Positions 32,096 through 41,287 of a DNA stretch of 64,000 nucleotides are shown piece by piece (position 1 is the first letter of the stretch; every line of letters starts with the position of its first letter). The translations under genes were made by a program, and so were the position numbers. The stretch lies in the NCBI GenBank assembly GCA_019326865.1, contig GCA_019326865.1_4101.1. One strand, written 5' to 3'. This DNA comes from a phage. The notes beneath the pieces are model-generated. The model searched no databases. It was given only the letters and a program-made list of their open reading frames with translations, and had not been told where the DNA came from.

Positions 32096-33337
32096 ATGCC
32101 TAGTGATTATAATAATGGTGATATGAAGCACAGAAATGGTGCAATTGTTCAACATTCAAAACGCAAGTCGGAGTACCGCCCTGCTGGAAACTATCATAGT
32201 GGTAGAAAAATGAGTCGTAACCAAAGCACTGGTGCACAAGGTGTAGAAAATGCAAAGCCAGGTGAAGTAACAGATACTTCCAAAATGAATCAACATGAAA
32301 AATTAAAATACATGAATGCTTTGGGATTACTTAATGCTCATCAAAAAGAGCAACTAGCTGCAATGGATAAAGCACAAGAACGACCAGAAGCAGCAGAAGC
32401 CCCCGCACAATCAAAAGCGACTAACCCTGTCAAAGAACTGTCTGATAAGTTAGGTAAGATCTTTGCAAATAAACCCCAACTTATTCAAGGTATTGTCAAA
32501 GAATTGCAATCTGTACCTAAAGAAGAATTAAAAGTCAAAGCACAAGCTGTTCTGGATGCAATGAAAGGAAATACCAGTACTGAACCAACCGAAGTATTCA
32601 GTACTATTATGCGTGCACTGGAAGGTAAACAACAAGGTGAAGAACGTGGTGATGAAGTAAGTCTTGAACGTGTTCTTAAAACATTTGATAGTATTGGGAA
32701 AGAAGACCGTGTTAATGCACAACAGGTTAAAAATGTACTAGCAAAATTGGAAAACCGTCTAGAAGGTAAAGATGATAAGATTAAATTGGTATCCGATGCA
32801 GTTGAAAATGCACTTAAATCTTATGTACAAGGTGAAAAGAGTCGTTTTGTAACTGCTATGGATGCTGCATTCAATACTATGAAAAAGTACGAAGCGGATC
32901 ATGGAGAGAAGGTAACACGAGATGGTTATTTGATGCGTGATGATGAAGAAGGTGCAGTGGAACAGAATGATGTTCATTCTGACGAAGATATTGATGACAT
33001 GGAAGCAGAACTGTCACAGGACCGCCAAATGACTGAAAAATCTCACAATGAACTAAAGAAATTAATGCAGTGGGTTGCAGACGTAGGTGAAAAGGCGGGT
33101 GCTGACAAGAAGAGTATCAACCGAAACCTAAGTTGGATTAAAGATAAGGTTGGTAATAACGCTCGTAAACTACAAAAAGCATGGACTGATGTAGTGAATG
33201 GTGCAGTAGATATTGACGTTGAATCTGGTGAAGCATATGATTATGCATTGATTACACTTGATGATTCTTTTCGTGACTACGAAAAAGGAAACGTGACTCC
33301 TTGGGAAAAAGACATAATGAGCAAATACGGTAAATGA
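32096..33337 (+). CDS. hypothetical hydrophilic Lys/Glu-rich protein
   Basis: 413 aa; SD AAGGAGGG; EKLKYMNALGLLN motif shared with 30405 ORF; visibly higher GC than neighbours. Confidence 0.55.
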   Translation: MPSDYNNGDMKHRNGAIVQHSKRKSEYRPAGNYHSGRKMSRNQSTGAQGVENAKPGEVTDTSKMNQHEKLKYMNALGLLNAHQKEQLAAMDKAQERPEAAEAPAQSKATNPVKELSDKLGKIFANKPQLIQGIVKELQSVPKEELKVKAQAVLDAMKGNTSTEPTEVFSTIMRALEGKQQGEERGDEVSLERVLKTFDSIGKEDRVNAQQVKNVLAKLENRLEGKDDKIKLVSDAVENALKSYVQGEKSRFVTAMDAAFNTMKKYEADHGEKVTRDGYLMRDDEEGAVEQNDVHSDEDIDDMEAELSQDRQMTEKSHNELKKLMQWVADVGEKAGADKKSINRNLSWIKDKVGNNARKLQKAWTDVVNGAVDIDVESGEAYDYALITLDDSFRDYEKGNVTPWEKDIMSKYGK

Positions 33338-33346
33338 TAACAAAAA

Positions 33347-33370
33347 GGTTGACCTCGGTCAGCCTTTTTT
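33347..33370 (+). terminator. rho-independent terminator (GGTTGAC-hairpin family)
   Basis: GGTTGACCTCGGTCAGCC + T6. Confidence 0.65.
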
Positions 33371-33406
33371 GTTATCATAGCTTTCCTAACTACAAAGGAT
33401 GACGTG

Positions 33407-34048
33407 ATGACTAAGCAAGAAATATTCAAAACATTAATTGACATTTTACGTTCATCTAAAACTCGTTGTGCAATGGAGTTTGATATTCCTTACGCTGAAC
33501 GAGTCATCTTTCCACAAGTAAAAGAGGCAGGGCTTACTTTACTTGGTATGGGGATGTACTCTGTAGTAGTTGAACATAAAAACTATCCAGGTCGTGCATT
33601 TAAAGTAACCACGTCACGATGGGATGGTTTTCGTGCTTATGCAAAGTACTGTATTGATAACACAGGAACTAAGTTTCTTCCTGTAATATACAGTGCAAAC
33701 GAGCAAGGAAACTTTGGATGGTATGAGATGGATAAGTACTACCCTATCATTAAACAAAAAAACAATTATGATGACTTTGTTAGCACTAAAATTGGAGATT
33801 TGTATTCGTATGCACATGCTGGTCAGCACGTAACTTCAGTGAATGAACTGCGTGGAAATTCAGAAGAGATTGCAATTGCAACTGTTGTAGCTAACATAAT
33901 GAAAGAGTTTCATGGTCGTTTTGTACCAGACATTCATTCCAGTAATGTAATGATGGATAAAGATGGAAATTTATTCATCACTGACCCTATTTCGTGTGAT
34001 GTACGTCGAGAAATACCAATCACTGAAGAAGACCCAATTTTTTATTGA
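33407..34048 (+). CDS. putative atypical protein kinase-like protein
   Basis: Gly-rich loop LGMGMYSVVV, AFKV lysine strand, catalytic-loop-like DIHSSNVMMDKDG, ITDPI (DFG-like). Confidence 0.4.
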   Translation: MTKQEIFKTLIDILRSSKTRCAMEFDIPYAERVIFPQVKEAGLTLLGMGMYSVVVEHKNYPGRAFKVTTSRWDGFRAYAKYCIDNTGTKFLPVIYSANEQGNFGWYEMDKYYPIIKQKNNYDDFVSTKIGDLYSYAHAGQHVTSVNELRGNSEEIAIATVVANIMKEFHGRFVPDIHSSNVMMDKDGNLFITDPISCDVRREIPITEEDPIFY

Positions 34049-34111
34049 CAGAACTTGTGTTCTGGTGTATATTAAGTGAATTATAAACAAATTGTGACAC
34101 AGGATTAAATC

Positions 34112-34393
34112 ATGCGTTCATTTGAAAACTTAATAGGTAAACTTCTTTTATCTGAAATTAGTGAAGACGTTAAGGAATTATGCAAATCAAAAAGTTACAT
34201 TCATTTGGATGAACTGTTTGTTAAGTACGGAGAGATTAGTTTTAAATCATTATTTGTTTTTACTATGAAAGTACATAGTTTAAAGTACTTCGATTTAAGT
34301 TATAAAAATGGTCAACCAAATCTTTATCATATGTATTATCTCAAGAATATAGAAGAAGCTCATATCTTATTTTCTGAATATCTGAAGGTATAA
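34112..34393 (+). CDS. hypothetical protein
   Basis: 93-aa ORF. Confidence 0.45.
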   Translation: MRSFENLIGKLLLSEISEDVKELCKSKSYIHLDELFVKYGEISFKSLFVFTMKVHSLKYFDLSYKNGQPNLYHMYYLKNIEEAHILFSEYLKV

Positions 34394-34394
34394 A

Positions 34395-34733
34395 ATGGAA
34401 CAATATTTTGAATTAGTTAATAAAGTGTCATTCTATGTAGTGTCATTGATTTGGGTTTATTTCATGTTTTGCTACATTATTGCATTCTTCCGATATACTA
34501 CTTTATATGAACGTATCTATTATGATGCACCAATTTCATTCTTGGTGTTCTGTGCATGTACCTTGGGAATATTAGAAGTACTGATATGTGGATATAGTAC
34601 TGATGGATTAAATCTGGTATCGGTATTGACTGGGTTATCACTTGGTGTTATGATATCTTTCTTTCCAGTATGGTTGTTCTTTGAACTGATCCATCGCATT
34701 GATGTATGGCGTTCTAATATCCCTGAAAAATAA
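34395..34733 (+). CDS. small 3-TM membrane protein, family member
   Basis: Three hydrophobic helices, basic C-terminal tail ...RSNIPEK. Confidence 0.55.
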   Translation: MEQYFELVNKVSFYVVSLIWVYFMFCYIIAFFRYTTLYERIYYDAPISFLVFCACTLGILEVLICGYSTDGLNLVSVLTGLSLGVMISFFPVWLFFELIHRIDVWRSNIPEK

Positions 34734-34736
34734 GGA

Positions 34737-35084
34737 TTGATAATGATTTATTACACTAACGTGTTTGCCTATGCTGTTGCTTGCATTTACATTGTTTACT
34801 TCTTATTTGGTGGAGTGCTTTGCTTCTTTAAGTACAAAACACTGTTTAATAGGATGTATCCAAATCATCCTATTGTAGTTGTACTTTTGATTCTTTCTCT
34901 TTCCCAAATAATCGTTGAAACTACATTGGGTATCAGTAGTGTACATTATAGTTTTGGCACTATAGTAATTATTACTATGCTTATTGCATACATTTTAGTA
35001 CTTGGATATGGTATATTTGGTAATGTTGGAATGAAAATGTATCATCGAATTAAAACCTTACGTGATAATCTACCGGAGCGTTAA
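34737..35084 (+). CDS. small 3-TM membrane protein, family member
   Basis: Paralog; C-terminus ...LRDNLPER. Confidence 0.55.
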   Translation: MIMIYYTNVFAYAVACIYIVYFLFGGVLCFFKYKTLFNRMYPNHPIVVVLLILSLSQIIVETTLGISSVHYSFGTIVIITMLIAYILVLGYGIFGNVGMKMYHRIKTLRDNLPER

Positions 35085-35085
35085 G

Positions 35086-35430
35086 ATGTATAATTTAAAC
35101 CTAATCTCATATATTATAACAACCCTGTTTACATTTTATGTCTATGTTGGTATAATCCTACTGTACTTTAAATTTTATAAAGTGTTTAACCGTTTCTATC
35201 CTTCAATGGAGAATGAGTTCTTCTTTGTGTTGTACGTCTGCTACACGCTAATGGCTACTTGTTTCACTGTAGTTGATGGTATCATTGGTATTAAAGCAGA
35301 TGGACCAAATGGTAGTACGCTGGTTGCATTTATTCTTACCGGATTCTTGGCAACTTATATTACCTTCATTTCAACATGGTCAGTGGTTGAATTTCTCTTA
35401 CGACTACGAAAGAATATGCCGAATCGATAG
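35086..35430 (+). CDS. small 3-TM membrane protein, family member
   Basis: Paralog; C-terminus ...LRKNMPNR; ATG 35086 after SD GGAGCG. Confidence 0.55.
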   Translation: MYNLNLISYIITTLFTFYVYVGIILLYFKFYKVFNRFYPSMENEFFFVLYVCYTLMATCFTVVDGIIGIKADGPNGSTLVAFILTGFLATYITFISTWSVVEFLLRLRKNMPNR

Positions 35431-35439
35431 GAGACATAT

Positions 35440-35697
35440 ATGTTTGCATTGCGTAACAAAAACACTAAAGAATTATTATGTATTGATACAGTATGGGATT
35501 GTGCGGGTTCAACTACTGTTCTTGAAGAAGGTACTGGATATTGCGTGTTTGTTGTTCATGATAGGAATGAACTCGAATCATTGCTTGCTGAGTTTAATGC
35601 TGGTGGTAATCCTAACAGTACTAAATTCCCTGTGATTGTTAATCCTGCACCACCTGGTTCTTATGAAATTCTAACACTATGTGAGATGGATAAGTAA
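35440..35697 (+). CDS. hypothetical protein
   Basis: 85-aa ORF. Confidence 0.45.
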   Translation: MFALRNKNTKELLCIDTVWDCAGSTTVLEEGTGYCVFVVHDRNELESLLAEFNAGGNPNSTKFPVIVNPAPPGSYEILTLCEMDK

Positions 35698-36077
35698 TGC
35701 GTCAAATGTACAAAGTGACCGAGCTAAACAAGCGTCTAGTTAAACAATCAATGTTCGAGGATAAAGAGTCTTATTATAACTTTAAACGTGCTGTAGAGGC
35801 TGCTATCCACATTCAGAAGCTTAAAGAACGTGGTTGTATTATTTTGGAAAATGGATCGGAAGTTGTATCGGATGACTTTAGTGTAGCGTTTGATGTTTCA
35901 CCTGATGGGACGCTATCAATGCCCCGCTTAGGAACTGGAAACATGACTGTTTGGGTTGGCTTCACTATGGGTAATGTACCAGGCACAGTGTATGTAGATG
36001 ATATGGAGTTGAAAGAAAGCTTCAAAAACTTATCTTATCTTGAACCACAATACGCACATGAAATGAATTTATTTTGA
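35697..36077 (+). CDS. hypothetical protein
   Basis: 126 aa; TAATG overlap. Confidence 0.5.
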   Translation: MRQMYKVTELNKRLVKQSMFEDKESYYNFKRAVEAAIHIQKLKERGCIILENGSEVVSDDFSVAFDVSPDGTLSMPRLGTGNMTVWVGFTMGNVPGTVYVDDMELKESFKNLSYLEPQYAHEMNLF

Positions 36078-36078
36078 G

Positions 36079-36106
36079 TTGACAAACACATTCAGTACTG
36101 TATAAT
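36079..36106 (+). promoter_or_regulatory. sigma70-type promoter, family A, followed by stem-loop
   Basis: TTGACA-N16-TGTATAAT with TTCAGTACTG spacer; downstream hairpin GGGGATGA/TCATCCC. Confidence 0.6.
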
Positions 36107-36153
36107 GCTTATCAAGGGGATGAACTTCTCATCCCTACAATCGAGGAACGACC

Positions 36154-36708
36154 ATGATTACTTTTAAGAAAACTGCTAACCACATCCATGAAATCTACAT
36201 TAACGGTCACAAAGCTGGCCTTCTTCGTTTACTCAGCCATCATCCTGATGTTATTGTATCTGATAATGAACCCAAAGATTGGCGTGTCTTTTTCTTTGGG
36301 AAGTACAGTGATTTTCAAGTATCAAATCTGAAGAACATTCGTTCAGTATGCACGTTAACTGAAATTAAAGAAAAGTTAGTAAAAGCATTGAAAACTAATC
36401 CAGATGCAGTTCTTCCACCAGATAACTTTGTAGAGAAAGGTTATGCCTTAGCTCATTTCAAAGATGGCACTATTCAATCTATCAGCACTGCATATGAATA
36501 TCAATGGACTGAGTACTTCACTTATGGCTCCCGTGAAACTTTGATGGCTTCACGTAGTAAATTGGAAGAAGTAATAACTATTATAAATGAACGTGAACGT
36601 CATTTATATGATAAACCTGAAATGTGGAGTTCAAATTACATTGACCGTATTGACTATGTTATTATGACTCCAATCTTTGACACTGCTTACTATGATTCTT
36701 TGAAATAA
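36154..36708 (+). CDS. hypothetical protein
   Basis: 184 aa; SD GAGGAA. Confidence 0.55.
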   Translation: MITFKKTANHIHEIYINGHKAGLLRLLSHHPDVIVSDNEPKDWRVFFFGKYSDFQVSNLKNIRSVCTLTEIKEKLVKALKTNPDAVLPPDNFVEKGYALAHFKDGTIQSISTAYEYQWTEYFTYGSRETLMASRSKLEEVITIINERERHLYDKPEMWSSNYIDRIDYVIMTPIFDTAYYDSLK

Positions 36709-36719
36709 GGATAACTTAT

Positions 36720-36896
36720 ATGAAACTACGTACTCGTAATCGTTTGATGGATGCACTGTACCACGAACAATGTACAATGAATGATGTAAAGCGTCAGTTA
36801 ATGTATACATATCAGTTACCAGCCCGTGCTGCGAAACAACGTTCCAAAGAATTACTGAAAGAAGCTATCGAGTACTGGGAATCTGATTCGTACTAA
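36720..36896 (+). CDS. small hypothetical protein (58 aa)
   Basis: SD AAGGAT before ATG 36720; below track cutoff. Confidence 0.35.
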   Translation: MKLRTRNRLMDALYHEQCTMNDVKRQLMYTYQLPARAAKQRSKELLKEAIEYWESDSY

Positions 36897-36935
36897 TATT
36901 ACGTGATATGTCACGTTAATTAAGTGAGACTATAA

Positions 36936-37196
36936 ATGAAAATTTTATTAGTTCTAATACTACTAATACTACTAATTGTTTTACCATTTACTTTAGTATC
37001 TCCTGAACTTGCATGGAATGTGTTTGTGTACTTAGTATGTACTATTGCGGTAAATGGTATCTTGTTCTTAGTTCTATTCATAAATGGAATAGGACACGGG
37101 GGTGGGTGGACCAGTACTGCTGATATTGTACATAAAACCACTATGTCTTTATTTGTAGTGTGGAATTTATTCTGGACTTGGTTTGTGTTCTTCTAA
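36936..37196 (+). CDS. small integral membrane protein
   Basis: 86 aa, almost entirely hydrophobic. Confidence 0.45.
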   Translation: MKILLVLILLILLIVLPFTLVSPELAWNVFVYLVCTIAVNGILFLVLFINGIGHGGGWTSTADIVHKTTMSLFVVWNLFWTWFVFF

Positions 37197-37209
37197 ATGA
37201 AAAAAAAAT

Positions 37210-37581
37210 ATGAATATAGATTTGAAAGGTGCAACCAGAACTGTTATCCTCATTGGTGAATACGCTATCAAGATTCCAACCTTCAAAAGCTGGAAGTTAT
37301 TCTTAACGGGAATGATAGCTAACCTAAATGAACGTTCGTGGATGCAGTACTCCAATCGTAGTGACAGTAGTATCTGTCCTACGTTGTGGTCATCATGTAC
37401 TGGACTAATAACTGTACAGAAACGTTGTAAGCCAGTACAACATAGGGGTTTATTTTGGGTGGAGTTGTGTGCTTTAGCATTGAATTCTGAGTTAAGTATT
37501 GACTTCTTCTATTCAGATGCGAAGCCAGAAAACTTTGGGTATCTGGGTGGTAAGTTAGTTAAACTTGATTATGGAGATTAA
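37210..37581 (+). CDS. hypothetical protein
   Basis: 123-aa ORF. Confidence 0.45.
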   Translation: MNIDLKGATRTVILIGEYAIKIPTFKSWKLFLTGMIANLNERSWMQYSNRSDSSICPTLWSSCTGLITVQKRCKPVQHRGLFWVELCALALNSELSIDFFYSDAKPENFGYLGGKLVKLDYGD

Positions 37582-37582
37582 T

Positions 37583-37852
37583 ATGTACGCATTGTATAAT
37601 AAAGAAAAGAAACAATTTGCTAAGGTTGAAATTTCGATTGATACATTTGATATGTTGGAGTACTGTATTGTAACGGACCCATGTGCTAACTTGTATTACG
37701 TTCATGATGACGTATCAGTACTGCAACGATTGCTTGAGAGTTCAAAAAGTCAATGTCAGGGAATCCATGATGGTTCATCCTATGAAACTCCTGAGTGTTC
37801 ATATGGCTGTCTGGATGGATATGAGATTGTTAAGTTAGGGATCGTTGAATAA
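37583..37852 (+). CDS. hypothetical protein
   Basis: SD GGAG before ATG 37583; track start 37565 rejected. Confidence 0.45.
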   Translation: MYALYNKEKKQFAKVEISIDTFDMLEYCIVTDPCANLYYVHDDVSVLQRLLESSKSQCQGIHDGSSYETPECSYGCLDGYEIVKLGIVE

Positions 37853-37868
37853 AGAAAAGGGTTGACTT

Positions 37869-37901
37869 TAGTCAGCCCTTTTTTCTATAATCATTTCATC
37901 G
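37869..37901 (+). promoter_or_regulatory. terminator-promoter cassette (PeSL-like)
   Basis: GGGTTGACTTTAGTCAGCCC + T6 + CTATAAT, then conserved CATTTCATC leader and GGAAGGAT SD. Confidence 0.6.
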
Positions 37902-37919
37902 GAACGGAAGGATGTTGAA

Positions 37920-38402
37920 ATGAACTATTTAGATTTAATTAATACGTATGTCATCAGCCCATATCTTAACGATGAAAGTATCAAATGTGTAGTATCTGTT
38001 GATAATCATCCAAATGGTGCATTAGAACTATTCGGTGCAGGACAGATTAACAATCGTTGTGGGTATACTTTTGAGTACTTACCAGAAAGAGATGTATTTG
38101 GTTGTTATGACCACAAAATCAAAAAAGGTGCTATATGGGGTAATCACAAAGATATTGCACAATCTTCACTTTTCGAAGATCATAATGGATATATGTGGCG
38201 TTCTCTTGGTGCAGTCCTACTTGATATCGCCCGTAGATATAAAAAGCGTATAACTCTTACTTATACACATACAGTTGAATATAAAAATGAAGTACAAGTA
38301 GAAGATGAAGAATTTTTTAAAAGTATCCCGTACATTGAATTCAACTTCCAAAACGGGTATGCTATATATCCTGATGATTTTATTGGTGAAAAATATTTTT
38401 AA
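37920..38402 (+). CDS. hypothetical protein
   Basis: 160-aa ORF downstream of cassette. Confidence 0.55.
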   Translation: MNYLDLINTYVISPYLNDESIKCVVSVDNHPNGALELFGAGQINNRCGYTFEYLPERDVFGCYDHKIKKGAIWGNHKDIAQSSLFEDHNGYMWRSLGAVLLDIARRYKKRITLTYTHTVEYKNEVQVEDEEFFKSIPYIEFNFQNGYAIYPDDFIGEKYF

Positions 38403-38493
38403 AAAATATTTGAAAAGAAAAGAATAAGTGCTATAATTATTACATCAAGACAACAAACACTAACATGTAAACGCTACTAATTAGGAGACACAC

Positions 38494-38904
38494 ATGATTA
38501 ACAAACATTTCGCAGTTTCTAAAACAGTAACCATCGATAACGAATGGGAAATTACTATTCTTAATGATCCTGCTCGTGGGTTGCTTGCAGAGAATCTTGT
38601 ACAGAAATACATCGACTGTAAGTCTGAATTGATTATTCACGACCGTACCAAATTTCTTCTCATCAATGGCAAGAAGTGTAAAGTATTAGTATTCACGGAT
38701 AAAATGAGCCGTGCAGACATTATCACCAAATTGGTAAGTTCTTCACGTCACCGCCCAGGAGTTAACAAATCTATCGAAGAAGTTAAAGATATGAAGCCTG
38801 GTGATTTATTCATTATTGCGGGTTTTGATTCTAAAACAAGAGAAATGTACATTTCAGAAATGTACACTAATGCTGAAATGCGTAACAAATTCTTCTCTAA
38901 CTAA
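38494..38904 (+). CDS. hypothetical protein
   Basis: 136-aa ORF. Confidence 0.5.
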   Translation: MINKHFAVSKTVTIDNEWEITILNDPARGLLAENLVQKYIDCKSELIIHDRTKFLLINGKKCKVLVFTDKMSRADIITKLVSSSRHRPGVNKSIEEVKDMKPGDLFIIAGFDSKTREMYISEMYTNAEMRNKFFSN

Positions 38905-38935
38905 TCAACCTAATTATGTATTATACAAATCTATA

Positions 38936-40153
38936 ATGGATAAAAATATGATCTTCGAAACAGAAAAAACTTTACTTGAAACTTATACTTTAGAAAATCT
39001 TGTACAACTTAATCTGGCCCGTCCTGATATTCAACGAAACTGGCAATGGAAAAGTAATAATCAAAATAATCTTATAATTTCTATTCTAAAGAATTCACCA
39101 ATTGGACAATTTTTGGTATGGAATGAAACTTCTTCAAATACAATGTACATTACTGATGGACGCCATCGTTATACTGTAATTTCAAACTTCATTAATAATA
39201 AGTTCCCAGTAACAGTTAAAACCGAAAGTGGAACCAAAGATTATTATTATGGTTCTGACGATCCAATCGAAGAAGAAAACATTTCACTAAAACTTGGTGG
39301 TAAAAGTAAGACTTGGAATTTCTTATCAAAAGAAGAGCGTAATGCTTTTCGCAATAAAGAAGTATCAGTAACATTTGTTCATACAGATGATGCTGAGAAG
39401 ATTTCTGAAATGTTTATGGCTATCAACACTGCTTCATCTAATTTGTGTAAAGTAGACTTGCTGGTATGCAAGCACCACAAAAATGCATACATGAAACGTA
39501 TTGATAAACTATTTTCAATTGAGATTGAAAAAGATGACCAAATGGCAGTTCTAGTTAGCGATTTCTATCGTGCAATCGGACACTGTAATGTCAACGGTAA
39601 TTACGAGAAACATTTAGCTAAACTTAAAGCTAACCCAAAAGTTCAGAAGCGTGAATTTTTTGAGATGTATTTTATGGTACGAGCCTTCACCAAATTGTGT
39701 CGTGATGCTTTAAACGATACATTGAATTCATATCGTATGCCTAAGATGAATAAACAAATTGAAGATGCTATTATTAGTACTGAATCACTGAGTGAACAGC
39801 AAGCTAACGCCGATTTTGTTCAGTTCGTGAATGCAGTTCGTGAGATGAACCTTGTATCTCCAATAAAAGATTTACAAAAGTTTCAATTCATCCACGAAGA
39901 TATGAAGAATACCTTTAACAAGCGTCTTTTTTGTATCTTAATGGGATTATATTATGCTTACGGTACACGTTTACCATTGCATTTTCGTGATGTTTGGTGT
40001 GCCATTTATAATGAAATGTCAGAAAAAAGTACTGAACTACCAACAAACGGGACTGATAGTTCTTCTGCTATTGTAGCTGGTATCCAATTGATTGAACCGT
40101 ACTTTAGTTCAGCCTTTAATAATATTTCATTGAGTGCTCGCGTGGGAAAGTGA
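38936..40153 (+). CDS. DUF262 (ParB/Srx-like) domain protein
   Basis: N-terminal ...PDIQRNWQWK...LIISILKNSPIGQFLVW...YITDGRHRYTVI matches the DUF262 pattern (DGxxR); track start 38801 trimmed to ATG 38936. Confidence 0.55.
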   Translation: MDKNMIFETEKTLLETYTLENLVQLNLARPDIQRNWQWKSNNQNNLIISILKNSPIGQFLVWNETSSNTMYITDGRHRYTVISNFINNKFPVTVKTESGTKDYYYGSDDPIEEENISLKLGGKSKTWNFLSKEERNAFRNKEVSVTFVHTDDAEKISEMFMAINTASSNLCKVDLLVCKHHKNAYMKRIDKLFSIEIEKDDQMAVLVSDFYRAIGHCNVNGNYEKHLAKLKANPKVQKREFFEMYFMVRAFTKLCRDALNDTLNSYRMPKMNKQIEDAIISTESLSEQQANADFVQFVNAVREMNLVSPIKDLQKFQFIHEDMKNTFNKRLFCILMGLYYAYGTRLPLHFRDVWCAIYNEMSEKSTELPTNGTDSSSAIVAGIQLIEPYFSSAFNNISLSARVGK

Positions 40154-40362
40154 AAAATCGTGGAATACTAAATATTTCACAAAAACAATATATTTTGAAA
40201 AAATATCCCGTTTGTTATCTTTGTAAACAATTTATATTAGATACAGATAAACCACACTTTGATCATGTACAGTCATTGAAAAATGGTGGTAGTAATGACC
40301 TAGAAAATATTAGACCAACGCACCCCATTTGTAATTTACGCAAAGGTGCTAAAAGTATGTAG
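40150..40362 (+). CDS. HNH endonuclease (small, overlapping upstream gene)
   Basis: CYLCKQ...HFDHVQSLKNGGSNDLENIRPTHPICNLRKG; GTG start overlaps upstream stop. Confidence 0.65.
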   Translation: MKNRGILNISQKQYILKKYPVCYLCKQFILDTDKPHFDHVQSLKNGGSNDLENIRPTHPICNLRKGAKSM

Positions 40363-40411
40363 AATAAAGACTCCCATTGACTGGGAGTCTTGTTATATTA
40401 AAAGGATTTAT

Positions 40412-41248
40412 ATGAGTATTAAAAATAAATTAGATCAGTATTATACAAAACCAGAGTATGCTGTAGATTGTTATACTAAATCATTAGAATTAATTTCTGA
40501 ACGTATGGATATTAGTTCATCGTATTTTATGGAACCATGTGTCGGTACTGGTTCATTTTATCTACAATTTCCTGAAGAACGTCGTTTTGGTTGTGATATC
40601 GAACCAGTACATCTTGATGAAAATGTTATACATTCTGATTTTTTGCTTGAGTTCGGGATTAATGCAAGAAGTAAAGGTGAGCCAATAATTGTTATAAGTA
40701 ATCCACCATTTGGTAAGATTTCTTCTTTGGCTATCAAATTCTTTAATAAATGTGCATCTATGCCTGAAGTGAAATATATTTGTTTTATTGTACCTAAGAC
40801 ATTCCGTAAAGTTGCAACACAGAATAAACTAAACGAGATGTTCCATCTTGTTCTTGATGAAGATTCACCACATGATGCTTTTATTCTGCATGGCGAACCG
40901 CATCATGTACCATGTGTATTTCAGATATGGGAGCGTAGAGATGAAGTTCGTGAACAACACGAAATTAAAAATAAATCAAACTACTTCCAGTTTTGTACTA
41001 AGGATGAAGCGGATATTTACATTAAGCGTGTAGGAACTAAAGCTGGTGAGTATGCTGCACCTGGTAAAGAACACAAAGATGCAAGTATGTACTACATTAA
41101 AACTGATTATGTTGATGAAATTATTAGAATTTTGCAAAGTGAAGACTACATTGACGAGATTAAACGTATACGCAAAACCACCGCTGGTGTATTCTGTGTA
41201 TCTAAATCTGAACTTGTACTGAACATTGAAAAACGTTTGAATTTTTAA
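40412..41248 (+). CDS. gamma-class amino (N6-adenine or N4-cytosine) DNA methyltransferase
   Basis: Motif order X-I-IV: DQYYTKPE, EPCVGTGSF, ISNPPFG; track start 40346 trimmed to ATG 40412 after hairpin. Confidence 0.7.
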   Translation: MSIKNKLDQYYTKPEYAVDCYTKSLELISERMDISSSYFMEPCVGTGSFYLQFPEERRFGCDIEPVHLDENVIHSDFLLEFGINARSKGEPIIVISNPPFGKISSLAIKFFNKCASMPEVKYICFIVPKTFRKVATQNKLNEMFHLVLDEDSPHDAFILHGEPHHVPCVFQIWERRDEVREQHEIKNKSNYFQFCTKDEADIYIKRVGTKAGEYAAPGKEHKDASMYYIKTDYVDEIIRILQSEDYIDEIKRIRKTTAGVFCVSKSELVLNIEKRLNF

Positions 41249-41254
41249 AATACA

Positions 41255-41287
41255 GGGTTGACTTAGGTCAGCCCTTTTTGCTAAAAT
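41255..41287 (+). promoter_or_regulatory. terminator-promoter cassette (PeSL-like)
   Basis: GGGTTGACTTAGGTCAGCCC + T5 + TAAAAT, leader TCTTTCATC, SD GTGAGGAT. Confidence 0.6.

Noticed and set aside
38801-40153. Track start codons extended far upstream (38801, 40346, 42124, 53215, 53641, 55124, 55704, 61480, 62080)
   Set aside because: These overlap the preceding gene or a terminator hairpin; an in-frame ATG with a good SD further downstream gives the family-consistent N-terminus.
38936-40362. Calling DUF262 and HNH ORFs one frameshifted gene
   Set aside because: Plausible (GmrSD-like domain pair), but I cannot verify a slippery site or a sequencing error from the sequence alone; kept as two overlapping ORFs.
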